Assembly (NCBI GenBank): GCA_039809245.1
Contig: JBDHUP010000004.1
Location: 12,599-76,598, forward strand
Reading direction: 5' to 3'
Length of the DNA stretch: 64,000 bases
Source of the DNA: Minisyncoccia bacterium
Lineage (GTDB): Bacteria; Patescibacteriota; Minisyncoccia; Phycocordibacterales; UBA9973
Below, one piece after another: positions 57,433-64,000 of the stretch. The notes beneath the pieces are model-generated. The model was not told where the DNA came from, searched no databases, and saw only the letters and a list, made by a program, of their open reading frames with translations. Made by a program: the position numbers and the translations under genes. Within the stretch, counting starts at the first letter, position 1, and the number at the start of each line of letters is the position of its first letter.

Positions 57433-58455
57433 TTAGACAAACTCGGGTTCGGTTTCAAGCTTGATGCCGAACTTATCAAATATTATTTTCGTTATCTCAT
57501 CTCGAACTTTCTCTACATCAGAGCGAGTTGCCCCACCGTTGTTCACGAGGACCATCGCATTGTTGGCATAAGAAGAAATAGTTCCGAAGCTTTTGCCTTT
57601 GAGTCCTGCTTGCTCAATTAGGAATCCTGATGGAACTTTCGTTTCAGTATCGCTAACTGGGAATACTACCATATCTGGATACTCATTCTTTAAACTCTTC
57701 GCGACACTTGCAGGCACAATAGTGTTCTTGAAGAATGACCCCACGCTCGGTATATCTTTCGGGTCTGGTAGTTTATTGCTTCGTATATGTATAATTGCTT
57801 CACGAATCTCTGATATTGAAGGATTATTAATATTGTTATCTATAAAATACCTTTTTACCCCGGGATAGTTAGGCATACTGGGTTTAGTTTTCTGAAGTCT
57901 TAGAGTTATAGAAGTTATCACATACTTCCCTCGTGCTTCCCCTTTGAAAATACTATTTCGATAAGAGAATCTACAGTCGCTATTGTTCAGGATTTTAAAA
58001 TCTCCATTTGCAATATCGTAAACTTCTACAGAAAGCAGAGTATCCTTTATCTCTTGGCCATATGCACCGACGTTCTGCACTGGTGTCGCACCCGCTGTCC
58101 CAGGAATTGCAGACATTGCTTCTATCCCTGATAGATTCATATCTACACTTCGCTTCACAGCACTGTCCCAATTCTCTCCGGCTCCAATTTTTATATCAGT
58201 ATACGAATCCGTATCATCTAGAACTTCAAAACCTAAAATATTTATTTTCAAAACGACAAAATTAAATAAACCATCAGGGAAAACCATATTCGATCCACCA
58301 CCGAGCACGAAAACTGGTAGATCTTTTTCTTTGGCAAATTTATACGCTTCTTCTAGATCATTCTTATCTGAAATCTCTACAAAATAGCGGAATTGCCCTC
58401 CAACTCGCAGTGTACAGTAGCTTTTTATATCCACATTTTCTTTAATCTCTAACAT
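57433..58455 (-). CDS. murB: UDP-N-acetylenolpyruvoylglucosamine reductase
   Basis: LGGGSN, IPGTAGATPVQNVGAYG, GSFFKN, LETEP. Confidence 0.95.
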   Translation of the reverse strand: MLEIKENVDIKSYCTLRVGGQFRYFVEISDKNDLEEAYKFAKEKDLPVFVLGGGSNMVFPDGLFNFVVLKINILGFEVLDDTDSYTDIKIGAGENWDSAVKRSVDMNLSGIEAMSAIPGTAGATPVQNVGAYGQEIKDTLLSVEVYDIANGDFKILNNSDCRFSYRNSIFKGEARGKYVITSITLRLQKTKPSMPNYPGVKRYFIDNNINNPSISEIREAIIHIRSNKLPDPKDIPSVGSFFKNTIVPASVAKSLKNEYPDMVVFPVSDTETKVPSGFLIEQAGLKGKSFGTISSYANNAMVLVNNGGATRSDVEKVRDEITKIIFDKFGIKLETEPEFV

Positions 58456-58496
58456 CTTGCCATTATATCACATATGATATATAATCATCAAATATT

Positions 58497-60008
58497 ATGA
58501 AAAAACAATCAGATCAGCAAAAAATAGGCTTTTTTATTAAGGAATTAAGGGAAAAACGTAAATTAACCCAAGGAGCATTTGCCAAAGAACTAGGTACATC
58601 TCAGAGCGCCGTAGCCCGCATGGAGAAGGGTGAGCAGAACTTCACAACAGAGCTTCTGTCTAAAATAAGTACTGTCTTAGACCACCAGATAGTATCGATA
58701 AATGATTCTATAGATTTCCAAATCGTTGGTGGGAAGAAATTAAGTGGAAGTATTACAACCAGCTTCTCTAAAAATGGATCAGTTGGGCTTCTTTGTGCTT
58801 CCCTTCTGAATAAAGGTAAGACGACACTTCATGGTATCGCACGTATTGAAGAAGTTTATAGGGTTATAGAAATACTAGAGAGTATCGGTGTGAAAGTCTC
58901 TTGGATAAAGCAAAACTGTGTAGAAATAACACCGCCAAAGAAACTAAAACTTGAAAACTTGAACGTAGAGTCAGCGATAAAAACAAGATCTATAATTATG
59001 CTTATAGGTCCACTTATACATTTGCTTCCATCTTTCTCTATTCCCCACGCTTCGGGTTGCAACTTGGGTAAGCGAACTATCTCGGCACACAAATACGCTC
59101 TTGATGAATTGGGAGTTAAAATAAAAACTACAAATACATCCTACGACATAACAGTAAATACACTTAAGCCCGCAGACATAGTAATGTACGAGACTGGAGA
59201 TACCGCTTGTGAAAATGCTTTAATGGCTGCTGCCAAGATTGATGGTATAACAAAGATAGAGTGTGCTAGTGGAAACTACATGGTCCAAGAAGTTTGCTTC
59301 TTCTTGCAATCACTTGGAGTAGAGATTGAAGGTATAGGCACAGGTACTCTTACTATAAAAGGTAACCCTAATATAAATATGGATGCTGAATATCACAATA
59401 GTGAAGATCCTATTGAATCAATGATGTTTATATCTGCAGCTATCGCAACTGATTCTACTCTTACTATCAACCGCTGCCCTATCGACTTTCTTACGCTTGA
59501 ACTTTATAGATTAAAAAAGATGGGATTAAAATATAAAATCCTAAATAAATATCTATCGAAAAACGATAAAACAAAGCTCATAGATATAGAGATCCTGCCG
59601 AGTGTTCTGAAAGCTCCTTACGATAAAATCCACGCTAACCCATACCCAGGTATAAATATAGATAACCTTCCTTTCTTCGTGCCTATTGCTGTGCGTGCCG
59701 CTGGTACAACACTTATACATGACTGGTTCTACGAGAATCGTGCTATTTATGCTACAGAGCTTAACCGCCTAGGAGCAAGTGTTACTCTAGCCGACCCTCA
59801 CCGTGTATATATAACTGGTGGGACTCCTCTGACTTCAGCTCAAGTGGTCTGCCCTCCAGCACTCCGCCCTTCTATGGTTATCCTTATATCTATGCTTGCC
59901 GCAGAAGGTACTTCAATCCTTCGAAGTGTCTATATGATTAACCGTGGCTATGAAGATATAGCTCGTCGCTTGAACTCCATCGGTGCAGATATTACAATAC
60001 TTAAGTAA
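58497..60008 (+). CDS. murA: XRE-type HTH fused to UDP-N-acetylglucosamine 1-carboxyvinyltransferase (MurA)
   Basis: N-terminal LTQGAFAKELGTSQSAVARMEKG HTH; SKN, GCNLGKR, YENR, INRGYE. Confidence 0.9.
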   Translation: MKKQSDQQKIGFFIKELREKRKLTQGAFAKELGTSQSAVARMEKGEQNFTTELLSKISTVLDHQIVSINDSIDFQIVGGKKLSGSITTSFSKNGSVGLLCASLLNKGKTTLHGIARIEEVYRVIEILESIGVKVSWIKQNCVEITPPKKLKLENLNVESAIKTRSIIMLIGPLIHLLPSFSIPHASGCNLGKRTISAHKYALDELGVKIKTTNTSYDITVNTLKPADIVMYETGDTACENALMAAAKIDGITKIECASGNYMVQEVCFFLQSLGVEIEGIGTGTLTIKGNPNINMDAEYHNSEDPIESMMFISAAIATDSTLTINRCPIDFLTLELYRLKKMGLKYKILNKYLSKNDKTKLIDIEILPSVLKAPYDKIHANPYPGINIDNLPFFVPIAVRAAGTTLIHDWFYENRAIYATELNRLGASVTLADPHRVYITGGTPLTSAQVVCPPALRPSMVILISMLAAEGTSILRSVYMINRGYEDIARRLNSIGADITILK

Positions 60009-61009
60009 TCTGCTTCTTAATTTTATATCCCTTACAATGTTTGAGTATACCTAGATACGATTGCTTTACTTCTGGTGGGACTTCTTTTTTGAATAGTCTT
60101 AACATTCGCTTCTTTGTATTTGTACGTAAGGTAGTATGGTAAGGAAAAATGACATACCCGAGGAAATCAATACCTTGAGACGCTTTCCTTATTTCTACTT
60201 TTCGTGGATGCAGAGATAATTTTAATTCAGTTTCTAAGAAATTAGAAACTCTTGGAATCAGTTTCTCTGTATATTCTCTATCTTTTGAGACTACTACAAA
60301 ATCATCACAATACCGGATATAGTGTTTTACTTTAAGTATATGTTTTACAAACTTATCAAATTCATTCAGATATACATTTGCAAAAAGCTGACTTGTGACA
60401 TTACCGAGCGGAAGACCACATCCTTTTGATTTTTCAAAACTTGAAATAATATTTTCAATCAACCAGTGAGTATCACGGTCTTCTATATACTTAAAAAGGA
60501 TATTTTTCAATATCACGTGGTTAATAGAGTCAAAGAACTTGGAGATGTCACACTTAAGCACCCAAATGTTCTGCGTATTATTCTTGCTTTCTTTGCGAAT
60601 GAATTCTCTAAGTCTTTCCACCCCTTTGTGCGTTCCTTTATTATTCCTACAAGAATATGAATCATAAATAAAAGTGGGGTCATATATTTTATACAATACT
60701 CGATATATTGCTTGATGTACTACCCTATCGCGAACATTCGCTTTATGTATATGCCGTCGCTTTGGATCATAAACATAGAAAGGGATATATGGCTGATTCT
60801 TATATATCTTATCTCGTAAGTTATAATGAAGATTGAATATATTACTCTCTAAATTAAAATCAAATTCTAAAACATCCTTCTTTTTATTCTTGCCTTTTTT
60901 GAATTCCCACCAAGCACCAAGCAAATTTTCAATTGATATGATATTATTAAAAACACCATGAGTATACCCCCCCCCCGACAGAATTATTGAGCTTCCTATC
61001 CTTGGTCAT
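60001..61009 (-). CDS. DGR reverse transcriptase; frameshifted at the G10 tract as assembled (open downstream ORF 60924-60001)
   Basis: RDRVVHQA, KCDISKFFDSI, GLPLGNVTSQLFANVYL, RYCDDF, DFLGY; no maturase X or endonuclease domain; ATG 61009 is in frame only with G9/G12. Confidence 0.92.
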
Positions 61010-61339
61010 ATAAAGAGATTATATAAAATCTTGTACCAAATAGGAATGAAAATGCCTAAAAATAATAAACTCGGTATTCATAATGTTTTACAAGAAAAGT
61101 GTCTTGAAATACTTACGACTGTCGTAGATGCTTCACTTCGTTCAAAACAAGATAAAATTCCTTATCTTGTAAAAGCTCGTAGAGATATAGAAGTACTTAA
61201 ACATTTAGTTCGAATGGAGTACGAATTAGAAATCATAACAGAGAAGACATATCTAGCTAGTGCGCATATATTGCAAGACATTTCAATGATGGCAACAGGC
61301 TGGCAGAAATCACTGCAAACACAAAAGCCCTTGATGTAA
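60958..61339 (+). CDS. avd: DGR accessory variability determinant (Avd-like four-helix bundle); frameshifted at the C10 tract as assembled
   Basis: ELPILGHIKRLYKIL..KMPK..KLGI..L..LVR..YEL.II....Y....L..IS.M..GW.KS; ATG 60958 is in frame only with C9/C12. Confidence 0.85.
60967..60976. repeat. C10/G10 homopolymer in the RT/avd head-to-head overlap
   Basis: ATGAGTATA-CCCCCCCCCC-GACAGA. Confidence 0.95.
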
Positions 61340-61352
61340 ATCAAGAGCTTTT
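61323..61352. terminator. hairpin at the avd stop and 3' of TR
   Basis: AAAAGCCCTTGAT-GTAA-ATCAAGAGCTTTT, 13-bp arms with one mismatch. Confidence 0.65.
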
Positions 61353-61363
61353 ACGAGAAACTT

Positions 61364-61472
61364 CTGACGTGGACCGTTGTCGGGATTGCGATTGTCACGA
61401 TTGTCGTTGCTCACGTTGAACTGGTCATTGTCATTACGGTTCATGTTCAAAGCGTTGCCGTCGGAATCAAGT
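61364..61472 (-). repeat. DGR template repeat (TR)
   Basis: 109 bp, ungapped match to VR; 35 adenines and 11 AAC/AAT codons on the minus strand; intergenic. Confidence 0.95.
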
Positions 61473-61660
61473 CTCTGTATGTAGTCATCTTTATCTCCGT
61501 GTATCGTTTACACAACACACTGTGTTATCTAGCTCTTTACTAGTCTTTGTTTAGAATCTTAATTTAATTCCCTAACTACATACAGGCAGTTTCTAAATAT
61601 TGGCGAACCGTCATCTCTTTAAAGATCAGCTCAACAGCCGTTTATAGTATATATAAAAAA

Positions 61661-61692
61661 TTCCCCTTGGCAAAATAAATTGCAAAGGGGAA
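61661..61692. promoter_or_regulatory. hairpin downstream of VR (DGR homing cruciform and/or terminator)
   Basis: TTCCCCTTGGCAA-AATAAA-TTGCAAAGGGGAA, 34 bp past the VR 3' end. Confidence 0.7.
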
Positions 61693-61702
61693 AAGTTAAA
61701 AG

Positions 61703-62467
61703 CTACGCAGTTTTAGAAAGCTTAAGCTGACGTGGACCGTGGACGGGATAGCGATTGACACGAAGGCCGAGGCACACGTTGAACCGGTCATAGTCATAAC
61801 AGAGCATGCCCAAAGCGTAGCCGTCGGAATCAAGTGCATGGAAGCGGGTCAAACCTTTTACGTCCAACATGTTGCCTGTTTCAAACCTTTCACGGAAAGC
61901 GGCAATAATACCTTCTTTCGGAATCATGTAATCGTTGCCATCATTGCAAAAATCATCATAACTCTTATTGAGGTGCTCTGTATCAGGCTCGATAGTTCCT
62001 GCCCAAGCAAAGCAATAGTTGCCTTTTGGACGATCCTGCTGTGTATCTATTGCATTATCCGGATTCTGCGAATATGAATTGCTGGAAACTTTATCGTCAC
62101 CAAATTTTTTCTTATAAGCAGTAATATATCGCTTGCAATTAAAACCTGCGTGAACGTATTCCAACCGCGGAAATTTTTTATCATATTCGGGTAATGTTGT
62201 GGTAGACCAGTCTATAATATGATTGAAGTTGCTTTTGTAAAAGCGTTCAATCTTTTTCTTCTGGTCAGCCCAAGGGTCAATTTCTATAGCAAGTAATTTT
62301 GCTACAATTTTAGCCGTGGCGTTTTCAACAAGTTTTTCATCTCCGAGAATTTGTTGCATTTCTCCTAAATTGAAATGTCCATCAATGGCATTAATAACAC
62401 CATTGGAAATAGTGAGGCCTAAGCGTGCATATTGCGCGCCAGTAGCCGGGATTTTCGCGTTGTTCAT
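61703..62467 (-). CDS. DGR target protein with C-terminal variable region
   Basis: 254 aa; the C-terminal segment LDSDGYALG...HGPRQ is encoded by VR. Confidence 0.92.
   Translation of the reverse strand: MNNAKIPATGAQYARLGLTISNGVINAIDGHFNLGEMQQILGDEKLVENATAKIVAKLLAIEIDPWADQKKKIERFYKSNFNHIIDWSTTTLPEYDKKFPRLEYVHAGFNCKRYITAYKKKFGDDKVSSNSYSQNPDNAIDTQQDRPKGNYCFAWAGTIEPDTEHLNKSYDDFCNDGNDYMIPKEGIIAAFRERFETGNMLDVKGLTRFHALDSDGYALGMLCYDYDRFNVCLGLRVNRYPVHGPRQLKLSKTA
61727..61835 (-). repeat. DGR variable repeat (VR)
   Basis: 19 mismatches to TR, 18 of them at TR adenines. Confidence 0.95.
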
Positions 62468-62533
62468 AACTCTGCGTTTTTGTTTTAATGTAAAGAACTA
62501 GAGGGTAAAAGAGTATTACCATATTTGTTCTAT

Positions 62534-62562
62534 ATTATACACCTAAAATAAGCTTATGTCAA
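62534..62562 (-). promoter_or_regulatory. consensus sigma70 promoter of the DGR target gene
   Basis: TTGACA(62562-62557)-17 bp-TATAAT(62539-62534). Confidence 0.85.
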
Positions 62563-62612
62563 TAATACATAATTCCTTTCAAATAAAGCTTTTTAGGCTA
62601 TAATTGGCTTAT

Positions 62613-63200
62613 ATGGCGAAAATGTCTAATCGTGAGAAGCTTGATGAATTAAATACATACTGGCAGGAGCATTGTACTTGTGAGCTAAAAAAGACTGCAA
62701 CACAAGCTGTCTTTGGTGATGGAAATGCTGATAGCGATATAGTTTTCATTGGTGAAGCACCAGGTAAGAATGAAGACCTCGAAGGTAGGCCTTTTGTCGG
62801 AGCTGGGGGTAAATTCTTAGCTGAAATGCTTGAGAGTATAAAAATGAAACGAGAAGATATCTATATTACCAACATTGTAAAATATCGCCCACCGAACAAT
62901 CGTGATCCTCTACCAGAAGAAAAAGAAGCTTGTAATGAATGGCTTATGAGTGAACTCAAAATAATTAACCCAAAGTTAATAGTATTCCTAGGTCGCCACT
63001 CAATGATGCGATTCTTCCCTGAAGAAAAAATATCGGATGTTCATGGAAAACTTTTGATAAAAAATATTACGGAACTTAATAAGAAGCAAGCCTTCCTCCC
63101 TCTCTACCACCCAGCGGCCGCACTATACAACGGAGGCTTACGCGAAACATTAATTAAAGATTTTAAGAAAATCCCAAAAGCACTATTAAAACTTGGGTAA
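62613..63200 (+). CDS. uracil-DNA glycosylase family 4
   Basis: IGEAPG..ED..GRPFVG, TNIVKYRPP.NRDP, YHPAA. Confidence 0.93.
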   Translation: MAKMSNREKLDELNTYWQEHCTCELKKTATQAVFGDGNADSDIVFIGEAPGKNEDLEGRPFVGAGGKFLAEMLESIKMKREDIYITNIVKYRPPNNRDPLPEEKEACNEWLMSELKIINPKLIVFLGRHSMMRFFPEEKISDVHGKLLIKNITELNKKQAFLPLYHPAAALYNGGLRETLIKDFKKIPKALLKLG

Positions 63201-63292
63201 AATAGTCTTTGAGAAAAGCCTTGCGCAGGCGGGTAGCCGAGCAGAGAAATTTTTCAACAGAAAAATATTCGTGCTTTTAGAGAAGAGCTATT

Positions 63293-64000
63293 TTACCCAA
63301 GCCTCTTCACTTCAATACACATAAATAAAGGTATTTCTTTTCGAGCTGTGTCTTCGGCGCTTTGTCGTGGACCAGTTTGGCTTTTCTTGTGAGATATCCA
63401 TTCCTCAAGGCGAGTCATAGCGAAGCCATTCTTAGAAAGTAGCTTCATATAGTATTGAAGTGGTCTGTGGAATGAAATAGTTTTAATTTTCTTCTTTGGG
63501 TCTTTTTCACCTGGGGTCATATCTATGGACACTTTCGATTCCGAAAGATACTTACCTACTGTGCGATACTGCACACCATCTTTAAAGTACCAATCACTCC
63601 CTTGCGGTACACGAAAGGATGGGTGGTTAAGAACAAATACTATTCTTCCACCCTTTTTTAATATTCGAGAACACTCAGCAAATACTTCATTTACATTTTC
63701 AATATTTTGAATTGCGAGAACCACTACAACAGTATCGATAGTATGATCTTTTATAAAAGGAGCCTTGTGAGCTGGAGTTACGTGAAAATTTATATTTTTA
63801 GGAGAGTTTTTGATAGCTTTCTCTATTAATCTTTTAGATAAATCAGAAGCTACAACATTTGCTCCATTTGCCGCAAATACATTCGCAAAATAACCTTGCC
63901 CACAAGCAAGATCATATACTATCTCCCCTTTCTTTATATCTAAAACTCTTAGAAGATTCGGAGCTATAACCTTTGCTTGATAACTATCGGCATCAGTCGT
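63293..64000 (-). CDS. class I SAM-dependent methyltransferase (5' truncated by window edge)
   Basis: Frame is open to the window edge; VYDLACGQGYF motif I. Confidence 0.85.
   Translation of the reverse strand, partial: TTDADSYQAKVIAPNLLRVLDIKKGEIVYDLACGQGYFANVFAANGANVVASDLSKRLIEKAIKNSPKNINFHVTPAHKAPFIKDHTIDTVVVVLAIQNIENVNEVFAECSRILKKGGRIVFVLNHPSFRVPQGSDWYFKDGVQYRTVGKYLSESKVSIDMTPGEKDPKKKIKTISFHRPLQYYMKLLSKNGFAMTRLEEWISHKKSQTGPRQSAEDTARKEIPLFMCIEVKRLG

Larger units (their letters stand above)
60001..62562. mobile_element. diversity-generating retroelement (target/VR, TR, inverted avd, RT)
   Basis: All core DGR components lie within 2.6 kb; adenine-specific TR/VR mismatches. Confidence 0.95.

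Noticed and set aside
60001-60924. RT as a group II intron, retron or CRISPR-associated RT
   Set aside because: Short protein with the LGNxxSQ motif, no maturase or endonuclease domain, and an adjacent TR/VR pair and Avd identify it as a DGR RT
63214-63290. Imperfect hairpin between udg and the methyltransferase gene as an ncRNA
   Set aside because: Single copy in the window, between convergent genes; cannot be distinguished from a terminator
395-63710. Numerous 60-110 aa ORFs antisense to or nested in housekeeping genes
   Set aside because: Shadow ORFs fully overlapping well-supported genes, with no motifs
1-64000. CRISPR array, rRNA, prophage or IS transposase
   Set aside because: No regularly spaced repeats, rRNA-like segments, phage structural genes or transposase motifs were seen by eye

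Overview
AT-rich chromosome segment of a Patescibacteria/CPR bacterium (Parcubacteria-like). The assignment is inferred from gene content, compact genes and -10 boxes placed directly before start codons; the code is standard with TGA as stop. Most of the window is housekeeping: translation (lysS, valS, leuS, lepA, ychF, miaA, tsaC/D, rsmH/I, rpmA/rplI/rpmG, six tRNAs all on the minus strand) and peptidoglycan/division (mraZ, rsmH, PBPs, murA/B/C/D/E/F, murJ, alr), interspersed with orphan genes. The highlight is a complete diversity-generating retroelement (DGR) at about 60.0-62.6 kb: target gene with VR, TR, avd and RT, with 18 of 19 TR/VR mismatches at TR adenines. Its layout is unusual: avd is inverted and overlaps the RT gene head-to-head. 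A single C10/G10 homopolymer in the overlap frameshifts both genes; removing one base puts both in frame with ATGs that each have their own -10 box. This suggests a slipped-strand ON/OFF switch for the mutagenesis machinery, although a homopolymer sequencing error cannot be excluded. Other notable items: a dif-like 12-6-12 palindrome where gene orientation flips (about 10.0 kb), a perfect 34-bp promoter duplication flanking an ABC transporter gene, a divergent pair of ECF promoter motifs, a Nudix domain inside LeuRS, an XRE-MurA fusion, and tRNA-derived repeats. All alignments and counts were done by hand and no database searches were run.
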